Shown in pieces: positions 26,371-48,419 of a DNA stretch of 64,000 nucleotides. The stretch's first letter is position 1; every line of letters begins with the position of its first letter. Origin of the DNA: the human T2T-CHM13v2.0 reference genome, Homo sapiens; assembly GCF_009914755.1 (NCBI RefSeq), contig NC_060925.1. One strand, written 5' to 3'. Below the pieces are notes generated by a model. That model saw nothing but the letters and a program-made list of their open reading frames with translations, searched no databases and was not told the DNA's origin. The position numbers and the translations under genes are program-made.

Positions 26371-27769
26371 ACAGGGCGTGTGCCTGGAAGAGCTGTGGTG
26401 TCAATGTCGTCCATCTGAGACTGGAAAGCTGGGTGGGGGTGGGGGGCGGTGGAGAGATCTGCTATCTGGAACTTGCTGTTTGCCAGTCCTTATACCACCA
26501 CACATGAAAGGTACTTTTGATACTGCATGCAAATCATGATTACACTTACAACTAATTGCAGCCACATAACTCTACCAACACACCAAATGATCTTAAACCC
26601 CACTGACAGTGTACTCATTTGAACAATGCTTGGCTGACATTTTGTTTCAGAAGTCAGCAAATTTTTTATGTGTCTTGAAAGCTGTTAGCTATATGTAAGA
26701 TTTAACCAAATTCAGTCAAATCCCTCAATAGTGATCATGAAACAGGCAGGCGGAAAAATGCACTGACCATGGTAAAAACACTTCAATCAGCTATAGAAAA
26801 CATGAAAAAGGAGAGCAGTATTTGCTTTCTAGAACCCCATGAGAAGACACCACCAAGCGGGAAAAATACCACACTTACAGAGTTTAAGAGCCAAGAGGTA
26901 CAAACAAGGAAAACTACTCAGTTATTAATATTCACGGAATGCAAATATTAATAACACAAAAAAGGATATTTTCAGTTATCATTTGATCTCATCTTGTATT
27001 CCACATAAGACACACATCTTCCCAAGTTACTGCAGGTAAGAAGTTTCAGATATGCAAGAATATAAAGGCATAAAAAGGAGAGGAATAAATAACATACATA
27101 GCAAATAGAAGCTTAAGGGAACAAAGTATGATAATACAGTCTTCTAGAGAGGCAAAGAAGTCTTGATAAACAAAACCAGAACATTACAGGGGAACATGTG
27201 GTTAGAAGACAGCTCTTTAGCTTTAGAATCACACAGATCCTAGTTTTGTCTCTTAGTGTCAACATGGTCTTGTGTAAATGGTTTAAATTCTCTAAATTTT
27301 CAGTTTTCTCATTTATTGTAAGCATAATTCATTCATTCTTTCAATATGTATTAACTGAGCACCTACCATGTGCCAGACACTGTTCTAGACACTGGGGATA
27401 CAAGCCCTAAACAAAGGGTCAGTGAACTCTGCAGACTTGGTGCTAACAGCCTAATGCTTAGGATTGGGATGCGATGAAATGAGATTTTGTCCTAAAGCTC
27501 CCAGCATACAGTATGCCCTCAAGAAGTTACCTGCCTTTGTTGAAGTTGCTACTTTAAAAAAAAATGTATTCTGCATAGTGCTTCTCATGCCTCTTTGCTC
27601 TCTGTAATCAAAAAGTCACTAGCACAAGAAAGCAGCCTGCATACTGCCCTCGGGGAGCTGACTCTAAACTGGACTCATCACCATGATCACACCTGCCAAC
27701 CCAGCAGAAACATTTAATCAAGACAGAAAGAGGTGAGCGAAAGTTAGAGATAGTATTATGTTATTAACC

Positions 27770-27925
27770 ATATCTGATTCAGTCTCAAAAATCCTGAGAG
27801 GTTGATGTTACTATATTCATTTTACAGATGGGGAAATGGACGGTCCGAGAGGTTAAACAAATTGCTCAAGGCTGCTCAGCCTGTGTGTGGCAAAGCCCAG
27901 GCCCAAACTCAGATCTCTGTGACAC
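27770..27925 (-). mobile_element. MIR
   Basis: cattttacagatggggaaatg...gagaggttaaac. Confidence 0.7.
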
Positions 27926-28385
27926 TCCAGCGACACCTGATGACATGGGCCGGGCGCTGAATTGGGAAGGTGGGGAGTAAGGATGAAAAGACCCAGTCTT
28001 CGTCGTAAGGCAGGTGGCCAAGACCCAGGCAAAGTTTCCAGACGGCCGTCCCTGTGGCCAACCTGGTCTCCTTCCTGACTGCGCCGCTGTAAACGTTGCT
28101 AGGGGACAGCGAACTGGGAAGGGGCAAAGGGTTTCCACCAGCTGGGGGCGGAGTCGGCCCTTTGTGGGTTCCCTCCGCCCAGGCTGACTAGTCCGGCGTT
28201 CTCCATTCCCGCGGCAGCACCCCCCCCACCCGGGGGAATCCTGGAGGGGCTACAGGCGCGGGTGGTGGGGTGGCAGTCGCTGGCTGCGCCAGGATGGGGC
28301 GGCCCTCAGGGCAGTGCGGAGCCCACGTGCCGGGGAGCACCGGCCATGCCCGGCCCAGCCAGGCGTCGGCGCCCTCGGGCTTCTT

Positions 28386-28399
28386 CCCCCAGAGGGCGC
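28386..28399 (+). promoter_or_regulatory. Candidate CTCF motif in BATF3 intron 1
   Basis: CCCCCAGAGGGCGC, one mismatch from the CCACCAGAGGGCGC-type core; motif match only. Confidence 0.4.
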
Positions 28400-28635
28400 A
28401 GGAGCTGGCTCAGGAGCCATTCCAGGAGCCGCGGACACTGTGCGCACGACAGGGTCCCTGGATCGCCCCCATTCCCCAACATCCCTACGCCCCTACCTCT
28501 GCTTGTCTCCGGCCGCACCCGCCACCTCTGCACCTCCGCAGTCACCACCACGGAACTCCAGCACCCACCTCCTCGCCCCCCGCGGCGCGCCGGTCCCCGC
28601 ACCCCACGGCCCTCCCTGAGCCTCTCGCCCTCTAC

Positions 28636-28725
28636 CTGCTGCTGCGGCTGCGGCTGCGGCTGGTTCCCGGGCGCCGCGACGCTCCTCTGCAGGACGCTGC
28701 CGGCGGCCGGGAGCCCTTGCGACAT
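28636..28725 (-). CDS. BATF3: BATF3 coding exon 1 (aa 1-30, MSQGLPAAGSVLQRSVAAPGNQPQPQPQQQ)
   Basis: ATG at 28725 (gcccggcATGt); 90 nt; donor CAG|GTAGAG with GT at 28635-28634; peptide matches the BATF3 N-terminus; lies in a CpG island. Confidence 0.97.
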
Positions 28726-30900
28726 GCCGGGCGCTCCTCTGGCCCGGCCCGCCCCGCCCCGCCCGCGCGCCCTGCCCGTGGGGCTGCCTACGGGCGCTGT
28801 CCCGCCGCCGGCATCCTCGTGCCGCACCCACGGCCTCGCGCCGGCCCCGCCCCCTCAGGCTTCCCGCTCTCCCCGCTACTCCACGCGTCGGCCCAGTGTC
28901 CCCGCGCGCCAGTCCCGGCAGCCGTCCTTCCCGTCCCACGTCTGCCCCGCCCTCCTTCTCCCACCCCCGCCTCGTTTCCTCCTCTGCCCGCCCTCTCTCC
29001 GCACCTCGGGGTCCCAAATCCCACCCCTGCCGCGGCTTTCCGCCGGCGCCCCGCGCTTCGTGGAAGTCACGTGGTGGCTCTGAAACCCCGGAGGGAACGC
29101 GAAGCCCACCCACGCGAGGCGACGCCCGGGGGGGTGGGGACCAGGGGGGCGCCATGCAGCCTTTGGGGTCCTTCGGCGGCTGCCGGGGAACTCAGGTTGA
29201 GAAACACAGTGGGTGTTTTGGGGTCGGTGTTTTTTCCCGGTCCCATCGCGGCATCTTCCTGCGCCTCAGCCACGCCCTGCGTCCGCCCCCCGGCGCGGGG
29301 GTCACAGTCCCGGGGGACTTTCTCCGCGGCGATCAGTCATCCGGGCGCCACTCTCGCTCCTCCAGCGGCCCCGAAGCCGCGGCTCTGGGGTGAAGACGCC
29401 GGCTTCACCGAGTCCCACCGCGCACCCCGAGCCACGGGCGCCCCAGGGACTCTGCAGGGAGTGCCTGCCCTTCCCGTCTCGGGTCCGCCGGGCTGTGGGA
29501 GGGAACGAGGCGGGGCGGCCCCGAGGGTGAATTCCCGGAGCGGAGGGTGGGCATGGGGAGGATGTCCCGGACAAAAACGGTGACGGGCTTCCCTGAGAGC
29601 GAATCTGCCACGTGGGACGTCACTAGTGACAGGTTTGGGGATCTCGACCCGCCATGCCACGGTTAAACGGCCCAGATCATTTTTCTTTTTCAAGATTTAT
29701 CTGCTCGTGCCAAGCTGGGGACCGGGTTGAGGTAGGGCAAGTCCCTGTCCACCTGCCTGCCAGTCAAAAGATGCGAAGCCAAGACAATTACCCGTGGTCC
29801 TAGCGAAGGAAACACTAGCGGCCACAGGCTGTGGTCTGCATGCTGTGAGCACCGGGAAAGATAACCGCGATTCGGGATGGGCGGGTGGGAACCAGACCAG
29901 AAGGGCAGAAGTGCCTACCAAGTGTGGTCGCTTGGGTCTTCAGGTTTGTGGGCAGCAGTGGGCATGGGGACAGTCATTTCCGATTCCTTTTTAAGTCTTA
30001 AATGAGTGCACGTGCCCCCCGCCAGGATTTAAGACCCACTCTTGCAAAAGCTTTGAGAGAGCTTGAGTGAACTTGGCTGCCTGGAGGCCAGCGGGAAAGC
30101 GAGCGGAGATTCTTGTCTGTGTGATCAGAAGCTTCGGCCAACTGAGAGGCGGGGAGGAAGACGGAGGGTGGACGCAGCCCTTTAGAGTTGCAGCGCCACA
30201 CTCCACAGCAGCAAGGCTGCGCAGCAGAGCCAGCGCTACGCTGGGTTATCTGCCCGGATTAATCTTTTCCTCTCCGTTATTTCATCACTCAGCTTAACTG
30301 GTGGTTGCCCCAGGACTATTTTGCATCCCACAAGGTACCCACACAAGGTGCCTAGCATAGCACGCTACATACACTCAACAGGTGCTCAGTATATGTATTG
30401 CACTAGGTCAGCTGAAAGCTCTCATTCCTGAAGCACTAAAAGGGCTCTAACGAGCTAGGAAAACATCTGGGTCAAGGGGTTATCATTTTCAGAAGTGATT
30501 TCATTCCCCAGTGTTTTTTATGCACAGAAAAGGCAAGGTAGAAACACCTCGGAAACATTCCCGTGCACTCCTACACTTTATTCTGGTCATGCCCACTTTT
30601 CTCACTGAACCACATCACATTTTAAGTCCTTTGGGGCTGCTGCTTCCCTGTCTCTCCCCAGGGAGCCTGAAACCATGTCCCAGCACACACGAACTCTTTA
30701 TATAGGCATAGTCTACTGTCTTGTGTTACGCAAGGGTTTCTTCAAATACATTTAGTCTTGGTTAACTAGGTAGCATTTAGGGCAGAGATCAATTTGATGT
30801 AAAGATCATACATCAAAATGAATGGATTAAATAGCTAGATACAGAAATGAAAATCAGAGAGCTAAAGCAGAATTAAATTCTTATTTAAGTCATGGAAGCA

Positions 30901-31118
30901 TAGGCAACATAGTGAGACCCCCAACTCTACCAAAAATTAAAAGAAATCAACTAGCTGAGTGTGGTGGTGCACACCTGTAGTCCCAGCTACTCAGGACGCT
31001 GAGGCAGGAGGATCACTTAAGCTCAGGAGTTTGAGGCTGCAATGAGCTATGATTGCACCACTGCACTCCAGCCTCCAGGGCAACAGAGCAAGACCTTATC
31101 TCAAATAAATAAAATAAA
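30901..31118 (+). mobile_element. 5'-truncated AluJ-like element
   Basis: Alu consensus from the end of the left arm to an (AAAT)n tail. Confidence 0.88.
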
Positions 31119-31129
31119 GTTGTGGAGAT

Positions 31130-32120
<991 letters not shown>

Positions 32121-32799
32121 TTTCTCTTATAATGGTGGCATTATAATTTCTTTTACCTGTACTTGTTGAAAAATGGTTTTTATTATGTTAGCATCTTAAA
32201 ACATTTCATATGTATAAGTGATATAAATATATTTGTATGGCACTAAGCTCACTGGCCTCACCAGAATGCCAGCACTTCTCTGATCAAGTGGTTTGCTCTA
32301 ATAACAGACTTTTCCTTGCTTTTCTGTAATATCTTCTCGTTTGTTTTATTCTCTTTAGTCAGAAGGAGAAAGAAAAATGAAAGTAAAGAAAAGATAAACA
32401 AGAAGAAGCATTTCAAATGTCTCCTTTTCTTCAGCCTTTTATTTTCTTTTTATTTGTATTATTTTCCTTGAACTGGGAAGAGAAATTATATGATTTGGCA
32501 ATTTCCGATTAATACCACAATTACCCTGGATTACATCTTTGGGGAGGGGGTAGGAGGTGCAAGAGGTTTATAGCTCAGTGACCAAATCCTCTGGTGATTC
32601 ACTTCACAAAAGACAACCCTTTATAAAAACGCATCACTCCAGTTCTAGCAAACACTGTCACTGGTTCACCTTTGCTTCTCTCTTTTAGGAAAATTGGCCT
32701 TTCAGTCATTGTAGTCTCATTGCCCTTCCTTAGAAGGTGGTCCTGCGGGCTCCTGGTGGGGCTGGAGAATAGAAAGCTGAAGGCAGAATCCGCTGTATT

Positions 32800-33430
32800 T
32801 GCCAGAAGTCAGCCACTGTGTGTGGGGCCCTGTTCTAGGCACTGGGATACAGCAGTGGACAAAAAACTGTCCATACCTCCCGGAGCTCTCGTTTCAGCGG
32901 AGGAAGGCAGACAATAAACAAAATTTAGTAGTGTGTCAGAGGGTGGTACATTTTATGGCAGAATACAAAGCAGGGAATAGGGACTAGGTGTGGGGAGAGG
33001 TGCACTTTTGAATAGGGAGGTCCAGCCAGGCTTCTGGAAGGAGGTGAGAGAGGGAGGGAGCCCTTTGGATACCTGCAGGATGTGGTCCAGGCTGCACCAA
33101 CAGCAAATGCAGAAGCCCTATGAAAGCCTGCCTGGCACTCCAGAAACTGCAGGAGGCTCATGTGGCTGGAGTGGAGTGAGGAAGGGGTGGAGGCCAAGAG
33201 ATGAGGTCAAAAAGGCGGTAAGAGCCAGGTCTTGCGGAGCCTCCTGGGCTACTTGCTTCTACTGCGCGTGAGATGGAAAACATTGGAAGCCTTTGGGCTG
33301 AGGTATGACGTGATCTGACTTGAGTTTTTTATGAGATCGCTTTGGTTGCTGTGTTAAGAACAGACTGAGAGGGGCAAGGAAGAAACACGAAATGACGGCA
33401 GCAGTCCAGGATAGCTGGGATAGGGGCTTG
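32800..33430 (-). mobile_element. L2 3' region
   Basis: ctgttctaggcactgggatacagcagtggacaaa...ggctggagtggagtgag...tgatctgacttg. Confidence 0.8.
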
Positions 33431-33452
33431 GGAGATGTTGGGAGTGGGAAGG

Positions 33453-35330
<1,878 letters not shown>

Positions 35331-35374
35331 TTTTTTTTTGAGAGTCAGCTTTTGAAATTTGTAATCTGCTGTAC

Positions 35375-35702
<328 letters not shown>

Positions 35703-35780
35703 TGAGAAAATTACTTTCCTAACTCAGAGCCCTGTTCGACAGTCTGTGACATTGTGGTAGAGATGGGCAGCATCTAATAG

Positions 35781-36186
<406 letters not shown>

Positions 36187-36333
36187 TGAAAAGCATAGAG
36201 AAGAAACAGATTCTCCATAATCCAAGCATCCACACAGAGATAACTGCTAATATTTTGGCATTTATTGCGTTCCCACTTTTTTCTATGCAAGTATATACTA
36301 CATATATACTTATATGCATGAAATCATACTCTA

Positions 36334-36713
<380 letters not shown>

Positions 36714-36804
36714 TTAAATATGCACAGTTTCCATAGCAGATATGCCATAGATGGTCTAAGTAAGTCCTTACTATTCTGTTGTTTTTAATTTTTACATATG
36801 ATGA

Positions 36805-37425
<621 letters not shown>

Positions 37426-38492
37426 CAGGTGTTAGGTTTAATCACTAGGAATAGAATTGCTGAGAATAAGGAATATTTGTATTTGCAAGGTATTGGACAC
37501 ATATTACCAAATGGCCTTGCAATTAAGAGTCCTGCCAGCACTGTGTGAAAATCGTACTACCTAATTAGGTAACATTTTTAGGTGGGCTACATTTCCAGAT
37601 CAGAAGAACTCAACTTGTTTCTCAGATCACTTGTTGAATCCTGATGAAGGAGAAGAAATCAGGAACAGATAAATATACGATGGGGACCTCCCCACCCTCC
37701 GCCCCCATCCAACTTCCACAGGCAGTTCTACATTGACTCCCTGAAGCTGTGTCCCTGGAGCCCAGGATTCCCCAAGGGGCAGGCAACCTTAGTTCTGCAG
37801 CCTAATCCAAAATGCATCACCACATTTGCTCCAACCAAACTTCTCATCTGGCAGGCTTTTCTCTCCCACTTTCACAGAGGAAAGACTAGGAAGAAAGCAA
37901 GTCAAACCCGGGTGTTCATCTCACCTCTGCTAAAGAATGGGGGAGTGATTTGGGGGAGAACACTTAATCACATTATGTCAGGTTATTATCCTCTTACTTC
38001 CATGCATTGCATTGGTTATGGAAAAGGATAGAGGAAAAAAGAAAAATCTGAAGGAGAAAAAAGTGGGTGGCGGGGAAGAAGAGAGTAAAGAAGGTATTCA
38101 TGGTGAGATGCCAGCAAGTGACTCTACCTGGGCCATAGAAAGTTCTGGAATAGAGACTGGGAAGTTTAAGTGACTGGTTCTCTGTCCTGGTGTTCTCCCT
38201 CTCTCCGTCTCTCTCCTTCCCTCTTATGCTCCCTCCCTCTCCCTCCCTTCCTCTTCCTCTCCTTCCCTGTCTCCAAGGAGACCAACCTCTCTCCTGGGCC
38301 TCTCCTGGGATATCCCACAGACATCTCAGACTCGGCATACTCAGCATTAAGTTTATTATCAAACCAAATGTGCTCCTCTTCATGCACCATCTCAGGGACC
38401 TGTGCCAAAGGCTGCCCAGCCACTGGGGTGGAGGGCATGGCCACATTTTCTGTAGACCCCACACTCAGTCTCTATAGCTATAGCACCTACTC

Positions 38493-39607
38493 TGGGGCTG
38501 AGCCAGGTTTTGTGGGGCCTAAAGCTGATACTACTAGGAGCCGCCTCTTTAAGAAAAATCATTCAAATCTAGATATTCAAGTTAAATGTTAAGTAGAATG
38601 AGAAAATAAATCTTAACAAAATATTGCAAATATAAAATTCCAGAAGATTGCATACTTATTTTCATTAATGGCTAACACACTCTACTGTGTCTGTTTTTGG
38701 CTGCAAGCTTTTTGACCACCTCTTCATATAACAATGCTTTTGAAAGTTATTTTTATAGAGATAATAGAAAGATAACTCACTCTTGTAATTGATTAAAATT
38801 ATATTTTTGATATTTGAGATTACATAAATCATGTGATTGATTCTACCCAGAGGTATAGTTGCTGATCACTCACCAAAATTCAGGAATTCCAATCAGTTCT
38901 ATTTTCTATGATTCCCATCAAAGAGTATATACAGGCCAGTCACAGTGGCTCACGCCTATAATCTCAACACTTTGGGAGGCTGAGGCAGGAGGATTGCTTG
39001 AGCCCAGGAGTTCAGAGACCAGCCTGGGCCACAAAGTGAGACCACATGTCTCCAAAAAAAAAAAAAAACAAACAGAATCCTACATGTTTACTTATCTAAT
39101 GATTGGAAGCCTCTGCCACCAGCTAGCTTCCACTGCATATATTTCAAACCTCCACTGCCCACTTACTTCTGTTTTTGGCACTGTAGGACATGTTCATATC
39201 CAATCACCTCTGGCCCTGCACCTCGGCATCTCCATGCCAGGTAAGTTGGCTTGGTGTGTGTTAGGAGTATGTATCCTGGAAGCTTCGCTTTCACCAGTAT
39301 CCTAGCAATAGCAACTCTACTCCCAAGTGAAACCCAAACTCACTGCAAACTCATCCAACTCCCCTTCTCTCTCTCAAAAATGCCCATGGCCACCCATGCC
39401 ACCTGCCCTGAAAGAATATATGTCAAAGGGAAGGCTGGAGTGGAAAGAGACAGCAATCTTAATTCATTGAAGTCGAAATATCTTTCTTTTGCAAATTTTG
39501 CAAAATAAAATTTGTCTAGGTGAACACAGTACTGTGTCACCTCCCAGGGCCTGGGAAGTGGATGGGCTGAAGCTTAAACGTTAGTAGCTTCACAGTGAGT
39601 CCATCTT
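38493..39607 (-). mobile_element. Internally deleted Zaphod-like hAT element (contains a FLAM at 38934-39068)
   Basis: Both termini recognisable in reverse: gccaggttttgtggggcctaaagct and ctgaagcttaaacgttagtagcttcacagtgagtcc. Confidence 0.6.
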
Positions 39608-40272
39608 CACTTCTGTCTTCGCAACATCTCTATTCCTCTTCCTTTCATCTCCTTCCTCCCTTCCTTCCTCCTTTCATCTGGGCCACAGCAACAGCCCTGT
39701 GACAGGCCTTCCTTCTGCTCTCAAGGGCCTCCGGCCCATCTGACCTGCAAATTTGTCATGTGACTCCAGTATTTAAAATCCTGCCAGGATGTAGCCCAGC
39801 GGCTCTGCTTGGCCTCCAAGGCTTTCTCTAGAGGCTGCTCTGACTTTCCCTTCCCCGACTCGCCTCACCCTCATGCTCATGAAATAGAAGGACTGCTTAG
39901 GAACCTCTAGACCATGCCAGGATGTCTCTACTCTCTATGGCTTTTGTCTTTCTCGGTCCCTCTTCTTTTCTCCACGCTTATCCCTTCCCGACCCCTAACT
40001 CAGTCGGCTTCATGAACACGTACTCCTCTTTCAAGAAGTAGCTTCAACATCTCTCCCTCCAGAAAGCCTTTCCTTGACAATCAGGTAGAATTAACCACAT
40101 ATTTCTTTTTTCCACTACTCTACTTTGTTATAAAGTTTTTTAAATTTTGTTTTTATTTAATAAGAAATATATGTGAAGGAAGCAAGTACAGAAAAACATT
40201 TTTTAAAAGAAATATATGAATGCATTCCCAGAATAAAATGGAATTTAACCATTACAGATAAATTGAAAGTGA

Positions 40273-40579
<307 letters not shown>

Positions 40580-41059
40580 TGATCATCACTTTCAATTCTG
40601 GTCATTAATTTTGTGTGTATCCTTCCAGATTTTATAATATGTATATACATACTCCTCATTTACAAATCTGTCTCCTCCTCCTAGATTACAAACCATATGA
40701 GGACAAAGGCAATGTCTTCATTATGCTGGCCCCTCCCAACTCAGTGCTAGCTGTAGTAATAACCAGCACTAGAAATGATGCATTGAAGCGCAGACAATTG
40801 AAGAAACTTGCCCACGTTACCCAGAGAAGTGACTGGGCTGGGATTCAAACTCAGGCAGAGCATGCACTTAATACAATTTTAATTGGTCAATAATGAATAA
40901 ATAGTCATGTTGCAGCAAGTGACATTTGGATTAGATAGAAGAGTTACCCCAAAAAGAGGTCCAGCACATACTATCAAAGTACACATGAGAATGTTTAATG
41001 ACTTCTACGTGCATCATGGTGGCATACTTCATTCAAAAATTAAGAAAGTATTATTACCA

Positions 41060-41345
41060 TTATTTTTGAGACAGAGTCTTGCTCTGTTGCCCAGGCTAGA
41101 GTGCAGTGGTGGGATCTTTGCTCACTGCAGCCTCCGCCTCCCAGGTTCAATCGATTCTTGTACCTCAGCCTCGTGAGTAGCTGGGATTACAGGGGTGCGC
41201 CACCACTCCCGGCTAATTTTTGTATTTTTGGTAGAGACGGGGTTTTGCCATGTTGGCCAGGCTGGTCTCTAACTCCTGGCCTCAAGAGATCCACCCACCT
41301 TGGCCTCCCAAAGTGCTGAGATTACAGGCGTGAGCCACCACAACC
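41060..41345 (-). mobile_element. AluS
   Basis: Reverse Alu consensus. Confidence 0.92.
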
Positions 41346-41870
41346 AACAATAACTTATTTTTTCTTATTTTCCCCAATTTTGTTTCTAAGGGAGAGGCGC
41401 CTAGCAAAAATGTGTTTTTGCTAAAATCATGTAATGCTGGTTTCTACTGAAGCCCTAAATGATGCCACACCATAGGAATTCTAGTAGTGTAGTATCTGAA
41501 GAGATTGCTCATTATCCTGTTTTAAACCATGAATAAGATATGTGCCATTTGTGACGTACTTAAAAAAATAATTTCACTCATTTCCTGTAGGACCTACTAC
41601 CACCTACAACTGATTTGCATTTTCTTGGATCCATTTCCAACTTCTTGTGCCTGGCACAGAGCTGTGCTCACAATCCTGGTCACACATCTGCTGAATGAAT
41701 AAACCACAAATGACTTCTACTGACAGCAGTGGATTTCCTTAGAAAGACACTAACAACTTTGGTAGTTCCCCTAACACTCAAAGTGGATGCCTGGGGCTGT
41801 TTCAAGAAATCTCTTTTCTTTCTTAACAATAGCCCATGCTCTTTGATAGTTTAGGGCAGAAAGAGCCTTA

Positions 41871-42122
41871 GGCCAGTGGTTCACGCTTGTAATCCCAGCA
41901 CTTTTAGGGGCTCAGGCAGGAGGATTGCTTGAGCCCAGTGGTTTGTGATCAGCCGTGCAACATGGTGAGACCCCATCTCTATGAAAAATGGCACACACCT
42001 GTAATCTCAGCTACTTGGGAGGCTGAGGCAGGAGATTGCTTGAGCCCAGGAGTTGGAGGAAATGATCATGCCACTGCACTCCAGCCTGGGCAACAGAGAC
42101 TGTCTCAGGAAAAAAAAAAAAA
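41871..42122 (+). mobile_element. AluJ-like element with internal deletions
   Basis: Alu consensus. Confidence 0.85.
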
Positions 42123-42449
42123 TTAGCATCTCAGTCTTCTTTTCAAAAAAGCAGAGCCAGTTTGTTATTTCCCTCCAATAGACCTCACGTAGGCAAAATT
42201 GGATTAACCTTTATCCTTGGTTCCTGCTACTCTGACATTGTTGTTTCATGAATATACTTCTTGTGTTTATTTATTACTCATTTGTTTGTTAATAATATAA
42301 CAGACATCTCTAAACTCATCACCTAATCCAAGAACCAGAACACTGACAATCCCTTTTATTTACCTCTGTTCTCTTCACTATTCCAGCCCCTTTCTCCCCC
42401 ATCTGTCTATCCTAAATTTTGTGTTTATAGTTTTGTCACATTTTAAAAA

Positions 42450-46990
<4,541 letters not shown>

Positions 46991-47161
46991 ATTGTCAGAT
47001 TTCTTAATTTTTGCCCATCTAGGAGGTGTAAAATGTTATCTTATTGTGATCTTAATTTGCATTTCCTTGAGTTCTAGTGAGATTGGTTATCAAATTATGT
47101 TTTTATCCCTAATTGTACTTTTAAAAATATATCATTGATACTTTACCAATGATATAGCTTA

Positions 47162-47240
47162 TGAGGTTGGTGCAAAAGTAATTGCGGTTTTTTGCCATAA
47201 AAGTAATGGCAAAAGCCACAATTACTTTATACCAACCTAA
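47162..47240. mobile_element. MADE1 (Hsmar1 mariner MITE)
   Basis: About 80-bp palindrome aggttggtgcaaaagtaattgcgg...caattactttataccaaccta with TA TSDs. Confidence 0.92.
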
Positions 47241-47853
47241 TAATTATTCAAATTTATTGCTTTATTTTTCCTTGTTTTTTCCTGTTTTTGTTTTGGTTTT
47301 GGTCTTGTTTTTACATATGTAGTGACCTCTGCCAATGGATCTGAATAGAGATGGGTAATTCTCCTTGTGTATCTCTACCTGGGACAGTGCCACAAACAAT
47401 TAGACACACACTTAGGTCAAAACCCTTCAATTATTCCCCATATTGTGACAAATATAATCCAAAACTTTAGGCTGACTTTTAAGTCGTATATGGCACACTT
47501 TAAATTTACCTAATCCAGCTGTGTCAATGCCTCCCTATTTCCCAGCTTAGCTTGTTCCTCCCTCCACGATTTTGGCCATGTCATTTTCTTTGAATACAGT
47601 GCTGTCAACCAAAATCCTATTTACGCTTTAAATGTGGCTCAAATGCTCCCTCTATGGAGACTTTCTTGATCATTCCAACTGGAAGTGATTGCCTTCTTCC
47701 TCTTAACAACAGATTATAGAACGTCTGTCATATAATGACTGCATGGTTTGGTATCATAATGCACACAGCTGGGAAACCACTGGGTGGTCTCAGTGATTCA
47801 GAGCAGAAGTGTCTTATTGTTTCTTTACATCTATTTTATTGACTTGTAGGTGA

Positions 47854-48170
<317 letters not shown>

Positions 48171-48419
48171 TCTTTTATTAATATTCTAACTCACGTAGTG
48201 AACATTGTTAAAATTCCATCTCAAATGACTATATCCACCAAAAGTGGTGTATTGGATAAACTGCCAACTTGTTCAGCAGAAATATTACTAATATGATAGA
48301 TTGGAGGAATAAATTATTCAGAATGCTGATAAACTCATGCTATGAAGTGATTTCCACATACATGTCAGTTAGATGTGGGAGATGAACTACCAGTAGCAAA
48401 ACAACTGACAAAATGTATT

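Larger units (their letters stand above)
28050..30250. promoter_or_regulatory. CpG island / BATF3 promoter and exon 1
   Basis: Very GC- and CpG-rich with many GC boxes; ETS/E-box GGAAGTCACGTGG 29062-29074; kB-like GGGGACTTTC near 29313-29322; CCACGTGG followed by CRE-like GACGTCAC 29608-29623. Confidence 0.9.

Noticed and set aside
28726-28827. In-frame N-terminal extension of BATF3 (ORF 28306..28827)
   Set aside because: Starts at GTG in weak context, and the ORF's C-terminal part is just read-through into intron 1.
28262-29583. Long ORFs (437, 273 and 220 aa) across the CpG island
   Set aside because: Pro/Arg/Ala/Gly-rich, overlapping in several frames, non-ATG starts and no domain; expected from stop-codon depletion in GC-rich DNA.
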